A stretch of DNA of 64,000 bases from Ptychomitrium polyphyllum (taxonomy: Eukaryota), in assembly GCA_973851085.1 (NCBI GenBank), contig OZ316776.1, positions 9,796,001-9,860,000 on the forward strand, in the 5' to 3' direction. How positions within the stretch are numbered: position 1 is the first letter of the stretch; each line of letters begins with the position of its first letter. Below are positions 25,462 to 39,400 of the stretch, in pieces. The notes beneath the pieces are model-generated. The model had not been told where the DNA came from. It worked only from the letters and a program-made list of their open reading frames with translations, and searched no databases. The translations under genes were made by a program, and so were the position numbers.

Positions 25462-26727
25462 CACTCACTTTTACCTTGTCAAGAGTGCATTTCTTCGTAA
25501 GTAGCCTATACGTACATCAAAGTTCTTTTGATATTGGGTATGGATCGGTAGGTACACCAATATCTGATTTGTGTACCATCATCTGTAATGTTTGGTTGTT
25601 AGAGTAAGGTTTTCCACGATAGCAAGCTGCTCAAACATGCATACACAGGGTAGTTCTGCAACTCTTGCACAATTATTGGATGGTGGTCTTGGTTGGCTCG
25701 AGAATGAACAGCACTGTGGTCAGGTGAAGAGAACACAGGTGATTGTCCGAGAATGATCCATATTTTCATATCCAGGGTTCTGTGAGATCAGAAATTCTAG
25801 AGAAAGAAATAGTTTAATCTATTGGTTCCAAGGAACTTATAATTAGTATTCTTCTGTATTATGAAGGTAGAAAACAAAGATGTCAAGCTGACATCTTTAC
25901 TTAATACATGACAACAATATCTAGTTGATCACATTTTTGCACGAGTATACTTCTAGGAGGTTTATTCCCCAGTTCAAGACACTGTCATATCTTGTCTACC
26001 ATGAATTCGTTTTTATTTATCTTTGTGAGGCACTCGCGATTCTAAAGTTACTGTGTCTACTAAAAATTTTAATGAATTATTCTCCAACGGAAGGCTGAGC
26101 AGCTCCTTCGTGATTTAGGTCAAGTATTGGGCGTGGTATTTCTCTCCTGTCCTATCTGCCGTTGCTACGTTTAGTTTTAACAATGAGCAAGTGCAGCCGA
26201 TGCACAGAAGCTTTACTGGACAAGTCATGGTGCAAGTTATCAGTCGCTAGTGACTATTTACAAGTGTCAAGTAATAAGCCTGTGCGCAGAGGACTAAATG
26301 TACACCAGATAAAGCTTCTTGAAACCTGGACGCTACAGTACCTAAACAAAATATGAAAGACATTAAACAAACATGATTTGTGTAGTTCCTGAGGTGGCCT
26401 ACAAGACATCCTTTTACAACATTCTCTAAAATGTCAAGAATGTTAGATTCTGTGTAGTGAAGATTGTTATGAATGCCTCTTAAGCAATATTACGATTAGA
26501 AGAAGAATCTCAATTTAACAAATAAGGCCCTTTCAGCTTCTCATAAAAGCAAGACATGGCATTCTAAAATAATTGGGGTACTACCTTTCAAGAACAATAT
26601 TCAATAAATATTTGAATACAATTCTCTTTCTTAACCAAAGATTTGAATCCTTGAGTAAATGCCACATCTATTGTATAAGTTCTTAAAACCTTGTATCATT
26701 ACCAAATATGCTAAGTAATCATTCTCA

Positions 26728-26815
26728 AGGGCTAACCAAAGTATAGACCAAGCTTATATTCAAAGGACATCAGGGCTAACCAAAGTATAGACCAAGATTA
26801 TATTCAAAGGACATC
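26728..26815. repeat. 44-bp tandem duplication
   Basis: AGGGCTAACCAAAGTATAGACCAAG[C/A]TTATATTCAAAGGACATC at 26728-26771 and 26772-26815, with one mismatch. Confidence 0.95.
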
Positions 26816-27959
26816 ATGAAGATATTTTAATAAAAGGAAGATTTACCTCCATAGCAAGCCTAATCAGAGAACATTCTAGTCATGGATTCCCACCTCGTAT
26901 ATAAGCCATCAAACCCAAAACAGAGTAGAATTTTTTTAAACCACCAACTTTGAAACATGACTAGAAACCATTTTTCCTTTTTAATAAGAAAGTTTTCACA
27001 AGAAATACAACTTTTTTTCATGTCTTCATTCCTCGTAAGGAAATCACTGTAAATTTTCAAGTGAAAAGTTAGTCATAGCCTAAACCAACTACAGACTATC
27101 CAAACTCTATGAACACAGGATCCCACAAAACAGCGCAAACTGCTTCTTGTAGTTTCTCTTAACCAGTGATTATAGAAAAAACGCAGGATGAAATGACTAG
27201 CCAGTACAAGATGTCCAAAAACGGGTTTGAAAAACAGCAGATCAGTGCTCTGCGAGAATCTTCAGTGCAGATATGGGGGCGATACAACGTTGGGACCCCA
27301 CAGGAGGAGGCGCGGGGCCCATCCAGAGGGGGACGACTGGCTGCAGACGAGGGGGAGCAGAAAGCGGCAGTGTTATCCAGTCCGTTGGGCCCGGAGAATG
27401 CCTGGCCATGCCTCCTCCAGGACTGAAGGACTGATAATCTGCCACAGCCATCCTGAATCCTGAATCCTCACTGTGACGCCTCTGGTCCACACTCCCGTAT
27501 CGCAGCACTAGCTGAGCTGCTGCGTCCTCCGTCGGATGATATTGGATCTCCCATCTGAAGCGCCATGATCGCATGCCAGTGCTACCGCAGAATATCCTCG
27601 CTCAGGTACTGCCCCCGTGCATGCCCAGGCTCCCCAGTTGCTTGCCTAGAGGTTCGGTGATTGCTCTCGCCGATCACAGCTAGATAGTACCAGTGACTGG
27701 TTTGCTGCATGTGCTGGTCTGGAGCGGATTCGATGGGTGAGCCGCGTTTGTGAGTCAATCGATCGTTACAAGTTGAGTCGGGATCTAGGCTAGTAGAGCA
27801 ATTCAGTTGGGTTGTAGTTTGTTTCGGACGCGAGACTGGAAGGGGAGATTTGATGATTCTAGCGTCCTTGGGGAGTGGATCTTAGTTTGGGTGGTGGCTG
27901 GGCGTCGAGTGGCAGTAGGGGCAGAGAAGACAGCTTAGGACGAGTTTGGGAAGGCGAAA

Positions 27960-30900
27960 ATGAGTTCCAGGGCGCTGGCTCCAGTGCAGAATGTGCCCTT
28001 GCGAGTTGGGACGTCGAGTGCCGTGGCTAGTAAAGCGACGAGCTCCAAGTTCGCGTCGGCGGTGTGGGGCGTGAGCATTAGAGCGCTACGGGGGAGCGAG
28101 AGGTTGTCTTCGCAAGCTGTAAGCATCATCGACATCAGCCGGGTGCGAGTGGTGGATGTCAAGGCCGCCGCGGATGGAAACTTGGAAGGGTTTGGTAAGT
28201 CTGCCATCGATTTCGCTCCTCATATTCATTAGATTGGAACTTTTGTATGGATTTGGAACTTTGAACGAATCATTTGAAATGCACAAATGTATAAGGTGAT
28301 CACTATTATAAGCTTTGTATAGCAATTTCAAAGTTTTTTACATATATCTGTTGTATATTTTACATTCTAAAACTATCCAGTGTAGCCTGTTTTGAAATTA
28401 AGTGGAACACTTAAATTTCAAGTACGACGATGTTGGAACTTGAAATGTTCCAATGTAATGAATATTGTGTTGTCATTCCTCCACCCACCCAAATACCCCC
28501 CCCCCCCTTGTCCATCGCCATGGCTAGCTACCAAGTAGAATCTAAACCTCGTTTTCTAAAATACAAATTAATGGCCTGAATTATGACTCATATTGGCTGC
28601 GAGACACAACTGTGCTCATCTGGACTTTTGGAGTTCTCTGCTATCTCTGGCTCCATATGTCCGTTGTGAGGGTAGGTTGTTTGACATTCAAATGAATGCA
28701 CATGATCAGTCGAAACATAAGGTAACCATAGATTGTCAAAGGTGTAAGTTTTGTCTTTAAGAGTGAGCAAGCTTGAGCTCAACAGTACTTCCTCATCACA
28801 ACCTCATTACAATCTATATGGATTACCTAGACCAGGCATTTAAATGATTTCCAATTTAACAGGTTTCTATGTATCCTACGTACTGCTCTCTTTTTTGAGG
28901 TTGCCTTATATTTTCTCACAAACTGTAATTTTTTTAAGGTTCTGAAGATTGTCATAACTATGGTTATACCATTGATGGTGTGCTAGATGCAGCAATTGGG
29001 CCTTAGTGTTTGAGGTCAGGAATGTCAAAACAGGGATGTTCAATGGAAGTAAATTTTCGATTTCAAGTGGCTTTTTCAATATCCTACTCTATTCTGTTAT
29101 ATCCTAAGTGGCTCTAAGAGCTGCAAAGCCGTTGAGATTAGGGCACAGTCATTTTTGGCCTTCCGGAGCTTGGCTACGGAAATGCTTACTGTTTAGTGGA
29201 ATCTTCACGATAAATGTTGTGCTGAGAGATTCAAGGGATGGGTGCGTGAGTGCAGGAACAACGAAGGGTTCGTCGGGGAATGGCAATGGCGCCACGATGG
29301 TGGCGGAGAGGCCATTCACGGGAGGCGCCATCGATTTCAGGCGAGCTACGGCGCCTCTTACTCCTCGGCCCATGGAGAATGCCAAGACTGTGGTGCTGGT
29401 TCGCCATGGCCTGAGCTCCTGGAACGAAGAAGGGCGCGTGCAAGTAAGCTTCTCATAACCTTTTCAAATAAGGTACTGAATGGTATGAGGTGGTTGGATC
29501 CGAATTAACCAAAACAAGAATTGAACGTTTTTCTTAGTTCAGCTCTCGATCACATTTAATACCACTTACATGCTACTCTCAAAAGTGTGAAGTCCTACGC
29601 TGAACTGATTCGTTGGTTTTAGTTTTGCTCCTGTCTAAACTTTTTCTCCTTCTGATCTCATTTTGCTCAAGTTCAGTTCCTTTTTGTGTCACCCTCTCAA
29701 ACGTGTGCCACATCGTCTGCAACATATGGACTTCTATTGTATTATCTGCAGTGAAACGTCTTGTGTGAGCACTCCATTTAGATAGTAATAGATGGGCCCT
29801 TTGGTGAAGGTTGTAAATCAAAATAAACCATTCATATGCCTGTTATTTGCTTCTCTAAGACCTAGTTGGTCACTTGGTGGATGGTAATGGAATGGTCATC
29901 ACTAATCATCCATTTGGAAAGGTTACTAATGTTCGTGAATAGTGCTCCCCTTTGGAAGTTTAGATTCTTGTTGCTGGTTGAGAGATGTCAAAAATTCCAG
30001 TACCACTGAAAGCCGCACATTTCCATTGTCTTTAAGATGTTTAGGGAATGCATGACGTAACTGGGAGATTATTTTCCTGGCTCCAGGGAAGCTCAGATAA
30101 ATCCATTCTCTCCGAAGTGGGAAGAATGCAAGCGTTGCGAGTCCGGGATTCTCTTGCCATGCTGAAATTTGATAAGTGCTTTGCAAGCCCTATCACTCGA
30201 GCAAAGGTCAGCTGCCCATTGCCTTTCTTTTCAGTATTGCAAACGGAGAACAGTCTCTTCTGGAGAGCTCTAGGTTTAGTGGCTTCATAGGTTTAGCTCT
30301 GAAATCTGTAGGATTTAGCATCCTAACCTATTCATGTTTGAGAAGCAAGTTCGTATTTTGTTTGCGGATTGTTTTAGCACCGTTTTATAATGCCTTGCAG
30401 GTGTGGTTGTAGACATGTGTTCTTTTGACCCAAAGATCTGAGAGTGCGAATTTTACAGGCTAGGTTTCAGTATTTTAGCACTGTTTGCAGCCCCTTCGAG
30501 ATACACGTTCAAGTCTTCAAAATTACATTTCAATCAATACGCTGAATGTTAATTTAATCACGTTGAACTAGTGCTTTCTCTGATGACAGACAAGCGCGGA
30601 GTTGATATGGGAAGGGAGGGAGGAGCCATTGGTGTATCTAGACACATTACGAGAGGCCAATCTCCTCTTTCTTGAGGGCATGCTGAATTGTAAGAACCAT
30701 GACCCTTGCCAGTGTCATGTAGAGCCTTAACCTGTGATATTTTGAATATTCCCATTTGAGAACCACTATATATCTGCATACGCAATCTTCTAAGGTCATC
30801 TCCTCAAATGAGTTTTTAATCTTAAAATGCATATGCAAGAGTGTATTCTGACCTGGTCCGTTTAACTTGCATACAGCTGAGGCACATGAGCAATACCCAG

Positions 30901-31868
30901 AGCTTTTTAGATCATGGAGGGAAGATCCTCTAAATTTTAACGTAAATGGTGTATATCCTGTGGTGGAGCTTTGGGCTAAAGCCAGGAGTGCATGGGAGGA
31001 AATTCTGTCATCCCCAGTAAGCTTCTGTTCCATTTCTGTAGGTTCTAGGATGCTTAGAAAAGCTTTTTGCAAAAATCTCACTTGTTGCAGACCAAGATGT
31101 AGTAAAATTTTGTAAAAAAGTCTTGACATACTGCAATAGCCATTGAGAAAAATGAAGGGCTATGTTCGTTGGTAGGTGATCATAACCAGTTTGTATGTGT
31201 TGCTTTTTTAGGGCGAGCGATTGTTAGTCGTAACACACAAGTCGATTCTGCGAGCCATGCTTTGTACAGCCCTGGGTCTTGGGCCTGACAGGTATTAGTC
31301 TTTGGCACTCTAGAGTGGAATCCACTGAAATTGCATAAACCTCTATGGGACAAATATAACTGTATTGGGTGCGTTGTTGACAGAAACGGAACTGTTGAAC
31401 AGATATCACCTCACTTACTGCAAATGCTTTTTTTGGGTGTCGACTGGGAGGACCCACATATTCTTAGATTAGGTCTACTGGCACTTGTTATGAGTATCAC
31501 GGAGACAGAGAAGGCATCTTAAAATTTTCTCTTCTTATAACATACTTCCAGATAATGAACTAGAATCTTAAACGTCTCGTCGGTAGATCCATGCACTCAG
31601 TTGGATTCATATGGCTTGACGTGACTATCAGCTCTTGCATGCGACCTTGAGAGCAAAGTTTGAGGTGTTGTAATATACGATGTTTACATTTTGCGAATCA
31701 GTTTTTCCTGATCATTTTAGATTCTTGTGCTGTGGCAGGTTCCGAGGAGTGGATGTACACAATGCAGGGATCTCAACCTTCACTGTGAACACCCGTGGTG
31801 AGCCAATGCTTTCCAGTCTCAACAGAACAGCCCATTTGCATATGGACTGTGTGCACTACTTGGACTAG
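27960..31868 (+). CDS. Histidine phosphatase superfamily (phosphoglycerate mutase-like) protein, related to proteins annotated as probable 2-carboxy-D-arabinitol-1-phosphatase; likely plastid-targeted; 7 exons, 330 aa
   Basis: Exons 27960-28194, 29256-29443, 30087-30206, 30590-30689, 30877-31016, 31212-31291, 31739-31868; all introns GT-AG; 993 nt in frame. Motifs: VVLVRHGLSSWNEEGRVQG (catalytic RHG at 29402-29410), ASPITRAK, LREAN, LLVVTHKSILRA, VHNAGIS...LNRTAHL. The N-terminus is Ser/Ala/Arg/Val-rich and poor in acidic residues, like a transit peptide. Confidence 0.93.
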
Positions 31869-34800
31869 CTTCAAATACGGAGAATAGTTAAGCTCCTAGT
31901 TCTTGTATTCTTTGGTGGATGTGTATATACAGATTCCAGAGGGATCCATATTCTTGTAGCGATTGTCAGACCTAGTGTAAATCAATTGCCAGGTTTGTAA
32001 ACCATGGGGCCACCAATGAACATGGTTGTGTATTCTTATATGTATACTTCACTGATTTTAAGCTTTCAGCTTTTCCCAAGAAAAAAAGATAAATTACTGG
32101 GAATGGTCTGCTTTGGTTCAAATGAAACCAACCTTTTGACACTTTCTCCAAGTCTCTACAGTTTCCACTAGGAAGACGTTCCTTCAGTTGTGCTGTAAGG
32201 TAAGCGCATCTATAACTGACACTTTAAGCTGGAGCTGCAGTTCTGGAAGGAGTTACTAGTAGCGAATCATTCATTGACAATTCATTCATGGATAATTCAT
32301 GGACAATTTATGGACAGTTCATTTATTGGTTAATATGACAATAGGGAAAATTAAAGATAGCATCGTTAGTTTCAAATGTTACCAATTCATCCTATGATGT
32401 TTGTGTGCTATGACTAGTTGAACATATGTTTTTCTTTACACTATGATCTTGATTTGGTTGTTGCAAGCACAATTTGGAATTTCAAGGTTTGAATTTGGTA
32501 TCAATATGGTAAGATTGATATGCTTGTTTAAGCAAGACCATATTTATTTCTAGCTTTTAATATTTTGTACATAATTAGTAATTTCAAATTGATTCAAGTT
32601 GTGCAGGTATTAGAGACCTTAAAAAACAAGCTTCTAATTTAATAGATAAATTTGTAATTTTTGACATTTTTTGAGAATAAATCTTGTATAAAATGAGTTA
32701 TATATTAAATGCAAATTGACATAATGGTATCAAATATTTTGTGGTTATGATATTAATCCTTCTAGTAAAATATTTGATTGTCAATGAAGCCATATGTCCA
32801 TAATTCCATTTAAAACCTTAAACATTGTGTGAATTCTATATTTTAGACTTTCTTCTTATTTATGTAATTTTGAATGTCATATTCTCATAGTATATGCATT
32901 TAAATACAAATGTTCACATTCAATTATAACAATCATTGGTTGTAGTCCTTAAAGCAATCTTTCTTCATTGTTTCATTGCATTATTAAATTAATTATTTCT
33001 TGCATTCTTTCATAATATTCTTAAGTTTATGTATCAGTGCCATAATAAAGCATTTACGTAAAATACATAGTGTTCTTATATCATTGAGGGTGCAAGGTTC
33101 TTTGAATAAAGAATGTTATGTTGTCGTAAGACAACTTATCATACTTTATCAAGAATATTGATATTCAATATATCATCTTTTTTATCATTTCTTCTATAAC
33201 ATTTTTCAAAGACTTATTATTGTCTTCTTCAATGCATCTTTCAAAGTATAATTTTTTCATCTAAACTTACAAAAATTAAACATAATCTAAATCCAAATCA
33301 TTAGCTTTGTTTCTTTGTTTAAATCCTAAAAGGAACTCCATACCATTGAAAGATTACTATAAGTTATTTAAATTTATTTAAATTTATTTTATAAAAGGAT
33401 TCTCAATTTGGAATAATTTGTAATTAAACTTATGCTAGTGCAAGTTTTTATATCAAAAAATGTAATTTCTGAAGTATGATCATCATACTTAGAACTACAA
33501 GATACAACAAGATATGTTGTAATGGAACCTTCTTGATATATAATTCTAGACTAGCTAGGGACAAGATTTTATTCCAAAGTCCAATTTTGGATGGATTGTC
33601 TTATTTGCTTCTTATAGAAGTAAGTAAGTAGTATGTGAAAAATGGCACCAACGTTGTAAGTTCCAAAATTTAGATATCAAGTTGTACAGAGACGTTTGGA
33701 GGGTTCAAAGTCATGAAACAAAGTGTACATGGTCAGCATGTACAACCATCATGAGCCTTTTACAATTGACAAAGACTACATTAACCATTTAAAGTACCAT
33801 CATTATGGAATTTAAGCCAACCAAAGGACGCTCTTTCCTTCAAAAGTACATGATTTACCTCCAAGTAATGCCTTAATGGGCAAGAACATTCACATCACAG
33901 TACACAATTAATTTGTTTTTACCTTGATCAACACACAATACATGTTGTAAATTGCAAGCAACATCTGATGCAAATATTCAAAGTACACCCTTCTCCAAGG
34001 CACCAAATTTGCTTTGAAGCTGATTATTTATATTGGAAATACTGCAACCTTATCTACAATATAGGCTATATTTTATATTTTCAACCAAATTATAGATAAA
34101 CATCATACTTAGGTACATTTGTCAAATGCGTAATATAAAAATACCATTTTAATGTATAGCTTTCTTTAAGATGTTTCTTATAATGTAAATGATCACTTTC
34201 CATTACATATATTAAAGTGAACATCATTTAAACACAAACATCTAAAAAAATGCTCAATAAATAGTGCATGCATTCAAAAATCTAACTCAAAATTTATATG
34301 ACTAAAAATGAAAGATTGGAAATTTATTATCACTTTGTAGTACTAAAAGAATCTAAAGAAAATTATTGTGAAAATTGAAATAAATTTAAAAAAGCTAATT
34401 TCTTTCAAAATAAATTAGTTTTGAAGGATTTTGATTAGTCAATGTTCAAAATATACAACCGACAAGGAAAAAATGGATTGTAGCATTTGTGACATGGCAA
34501 TGTAGTTTAAGTTTAGTATGTAGAATTAGGTTAATAAGTGTTATACACAAAAATCTAAGCAAACCTTTAACTTTTTGGATGCTTATATTGGCACCTAATA
34601 ATAAACTACCACCCACTATACTTTGAAAAGTTAAGAAACCTAGTAGTTCCTTTTCTAAACCCCATGTTATAAAGAGATTCCTAATAATTTCTACAAATGA
34701 CATGAAGTGAATGATATGAAAACATTTATCTAAAAAGTAATGAAAAATGTTTTAAAAAACTTTTGATAAGTAGTGAACCCTGTCTATATAACGCATATGA

Positions 34801-35678
34801 ACCCCAACCTACTATTTCTACAAAAAATGTATTTACAACCCTCTAGAAAAGAATAGATAAGTAGGTTACACTGAAACCCATCCTGCATAAACTAAGCGTT
34901 TGCATTGCATAAATCAGAGTTGCAGAGATTTGTGGGCATTCCTTTAGATTTTATGGCTTGTCAGATACTGTGTAGAGCACATTGATGAGTTCTGGTCAGC
35001 AGTGCCAGCAGTGAGCCTCTTAGGAAATAAATCTCTACATTGACAATTTGCATGAATTTTCGCTTACAAAATTATCCAACACTGCGGAAATCTTGAAAGT
35101 CAGATGTTAGATCTTACATGTAATTTGAAGACGTGCAAAAAATGTGCAGCCACTTTCCATGATCATGCAACAACAAAATAACCAATGGTTTTTTTCATTT
35201 TTTAATTTTTAAACAAAAAACTTATTTTGAACAAATTGAGGATCACTGGGTTACTTAAGAAAAATGCATTTTACTTGTCTAGCGTAATTAGTTAAACTGT
35301 TTAAAGGTCAAGAATCTTTTTGGAATTTTTAATGGCAAAAAAGACTCCACTTCACCAAAGATTTTATTTTTGTAATAAAACATCTTTTCATTCTATACCT
35401 TCTTTCAAAATTCTTCTATATTAAATAATAAAAATAAAAAAGACATTTAATAGTTTCCATACATGATAGTTATAGAATTCATTTTTAGTTTTTGAAAAGT
35501 TCATTGCATTCTTAAAGAATTCCTCTACATATCTTCTTCTAGAAATGTAATTTTATTCACAATTGTATAATTGTTATTATAATCATATATTTTCCTTTAT
35601 TTTAGAATAACCATTATGTCATTTAATATAAAGAATTCTTTAAATATATTTTTTAAAGAAACATATGCTTGCTCATAT

Positions 35679-35681
<3 letters not shown>

Positions 35682-35713
<32 letters not shown>

Positions 35714-35750
35714 ATGTATGTATGTATGTATGTATGTATGTATGTATGTA
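35682..35750. repeat. Compound microsatellite (AT)15 followed by (TATG)9
   Basis: Read directly from the sequence. Confidence 0.95.
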
Positions 35751-36199
35751 GATATTTGAATGTTTTTTGTTTCTTAATCCTATGCTATCATAACTTCTTC
35801 TAATTTTTTGGTGTAGTGCATGATTCTATAACTTTATTAGAGAGGTGTCAAGAAGTATGTAGTTTATTTAATAAGCATTAGGCTTCTCCATGTGATAGGT
35901 TGAAAGTCCTTTGTTTTTGTAATATTCTTTCTTTTAAACTCAAATCACTATTTTGGCCAAACTTTCTAAATTTAATTACAATAACCTTCATCTCCATATA
36001 AATTACAAATTGTTTATGTTTTTATTATGGAACTTTGCTTGCTATTTTTTTACCTTATCAAAGAACTCTATATCAAATTTCATTAATAAGAGTGCTTTGA
36101 TGAAGTTATAATAATTATTTTCTTCAACTGACTTTCAAACTCCAATACTACATTTCAAATCTAGTTGCATTTCTATCCATATCTTTCAATTCATACATC

Positions 36200-36440
36200 T
36201 TATGCACTCAATATTTTAATACAATGGAGTAAAATCGAAGTTCTGTGCTTCAAAATTTTATATTCTTAAAGAATTGATTCCTTAAAAGTCATCTCTTAGC
36301 TGCTTGGATTTTAAGAATCCTTTTAATTCAACTCTTTCTATTTCTAAAAAAACATCATAGAATCATTCACATAGTGCATCACTAATACCTTTCAAGTAGA
36401 CTTAGATACACCAAATCCTTAGAAAACACTCAATGCTCAT
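36200..36440 (-). mobile_element. Possible highly decayed Ty1/Copia reverse-transcriptase fragment
   Basis: The minus strand reads NEH*VFSK...VLVMHYVNDSMM, which resembles the Copia RT YVDD motif context (YVND at 36362-36373). Only a weak resemblance, with many stops. Confidence 0.3.
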
Positions 36441-39400
36441 TAAAACATATTATTTCCTTCCCTAGCTCTTAATCTTTTTAATATATATGCATAGGTGTCA
36501 AATAGCTCAACGGAAGCCAATTAGTCCAATGAGAAGCTTTTATATTGATTAAATGATAAGCTTCTTTATTAGATCAAAGGAAAGATCTTCACATTTAGTC
36601 AAATAATGAGCCTTTTTAGAAAATTTAATGATAAGTGTTTATCTTCTTGCCACCATTGCTTTAACTAATTCAATCCTAATCTTGCAACCATGTCCTCTTA
36701 ATCACCAATATAATGAACTTTCTACAACAAAAATAATTAATATATAAATAAAAATATTATCACGCTAACATCAATTAAATTACTTACCTAAAAAATAACA
36801 AAAAAACATGCATAAATGTGTGCAATTTAGTCATTAAGGAGTCCACATCATAACAAAGGTCCAACAAATCATACATTCAAATTGCTATTTGCTCTTGTCT
36901 TTTTTTGTTTGTTCCGTTTAATCTCTATCGTATCATGCCATATGACAACAACAAAATGTGACATATCTCTTTATAATTTACATAGAATTTGGGTTTTTTT
37001 TAATTTAGGAATTTTGAAATATGAATATAATGAAAAGAGATTGCCTATGTATTAAAAGTCTTTGCCTTCCTTTTTTTTTTTTTTTTTCAACTCTTCCTCT
37101 AGTTTTATAAGTTGTTTAGCTTGTTTGGCTTGCTTAGATACTTGTAGTTGGAATTTATACTATGAAGGACTCAAGGATTTTATGTAAATGATGGCAATTT
37201 TCCATTTAATAAATTTGAAGTGTTTCCTTATTAGCATCAATAATTAATTGGGATTAATTAAATTGAAAGATGGTAGAATTTAGAACTCAAAGCTTATTAT
37301 TTGAAGATAATGAATTAATTGTAATTGATTGCAAGCACTTAATTTTGGTTTGGAAAAAAAAATTGAAATATAGATATTTAGCTAATATAGATTTCTATCT
37401 GGCTATTGTTTTATTAAAGAACTACTTTGTTTTTCTTAATAATTGATGGTAGAAATATGAAGGCAAGATTATGTTTCATCAAAATATATCTTAATTCTTG
37501 ATAAAGTACATTTAGAAGATAATGACAAGAAGAATTTTTTTTTGTCTATAAGGAGGTAACTTTGATTGCAAATTAAATGACCAAAATATTTGACATTATA
37601 AACACTTATGACAATAAATCCACGATTTTGGAGCAATGCTTGGAAATGTTTGATAGAATTCCTTCAATGATTATAAAACTTGGTTTTAATCTTAGTAAAT
37701 GATCCAAAGATAATAAATTTCAATAATTAAAATTTATTAGGCTATTAAATAATTGCCAAATTATGTAGAACTAAAGACATGGAAAATTGGATTGATGATT
37801 ATGAGGAAAATCTTGGTTTGGTAGAAGATTAAAAAATAAGGAATGTGGAGTTTCTTAAAGTTTCAAAAGTAAATTTTGAAATTCTTGCAATAAAGGTTAT
37901 AGATGACAACAATCACAATAATGATGAAGAAGATTTAATTGGTGGCTATGGCTGCTAGATTTCATTAGATTAGTAAAATAACTAAAAATGTAGATACAAA
38001 CATATATCAGGCATCATAGTCTTTAAGAACATTCCAAAGAAACCTCTTAAGAAGGTTCCATAAACCTTTAGAGAATTCTATAGCATTATAAAAAGTTTCT
38101 TTAGAAAGATAATGTAATTCAAACAACAAATTGCATAATGTGTTATGAAATCAAAAAGGACTTGAATATAGGACCAAAGTGCATACTTTAAGCAAGCATA
38201 TAGATGTCAAAAGCATAAAAAGATTATTAAATTTTGTATTGCTAAGCAACCAAGAACAATTCATTATTGTAAGCATTAGATCTATGGCACATCTTTTATT
38301 CAAATGAATCTCTTTTAATAAAATTTCAACAAACAAAGCATTAGACACTAAGAAATCCATTTAGAACTTACATAATGTACTTCAAAATAAGACAAATTAA
38401 GCAAGTTGCTAACATACTCTAAAAGATGAAACTCATTAGGAAAAATGATTGCAACATCCAAACCATTGGCATTTAAAAGTCCACGTCTTACCAACTCTAT
38501 TTCTTTATACACACACCTTCTTCCAACTTTAATAATTAGAATATTAATATAATAATCAGCCACTGCCATTCAAAGTTACCATTTGTTTTTATGAACCATC
38601 ACCAATTCTACAATTAGTATAGAACTGTAGATCATTGGAGTAGCACCTCTAAAACATCATCACTACTCGTTCTTCAATTTTAAATTATCAAAATATATTG
38701 TCATAGACATACATCACGCAATACAATCTTCCAATAGCTTTCAAAACTATTCACTAACTTCTAAAATCTTCCATTAACTTTCAAAATCCTTTAATAGCTT
38801 CTAATAACTACTAAAAAACTTCCAAAAGCTTTTAGTAGCTTCCAATAGCCTCCACTTCCTTAAAAAACTTCTTAAGAAGGTTTCATAACCTCTTGAATAT
38901 TTTGTAGTTTTGTCTGAAGTTTTGGTTAGAAATATTTTAAAATAATAGTCTTCATGATATAAATAAAAGGCAAAGTGAGATACACCTTGATCTTGTAAAA
39001 CAAGTTGTAAAGTACATCCATTGTATTGCCTTCTTTCTAATTCTTGAAACTACTTCTTATCTAATTTCTTATTTCCAAAACTTATTATTTCAACTTATAT
39101 AATTTTTTTCACAATAAAGATAATAAACATACTGAAATAATAGCACAATTGATATTATCATATAGATATAATATTCTAAACTATTTTTATACTATAACAA
39201 AATATTGGTTTTTTTATAAGCTATGCTTACTAATTACTATTGGTTTCTAATTGTTTATTATTTTTTGAGCCTATAAACATCATTGATTCTGAGCAAAAAC
39301 ACTGCAAAATAATAATATTTTACACCTTTTAAGATTAAATTCCTTATTGGATTTTTCCACATATTTTTTTATCATATTCTATATCACTTCTAAAGAATTA

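Noticed and set aside
27166..27574. Three overlapping ORFs upstream of the phosphatase gene
   Set aside because: They lie in a GC-rich promoter island, with no splice structure or recognisable homology.
28496..28507. C12 homopolymer in phosphatase intron 1 (also T17 at 37071-37087 and an A-rich tract at 59442-59475)
   Set aside because: Ordinary simple repeats with no supporting structure such as a TSD or retrocopy body.
29108..29255. In-frame upstream extension of phosphatase exon 2 as an alternative N-terminus
   Set aside because: It starts at GTG rather than ATG, and exon 1 splices in phase to the acceptor at 29255.
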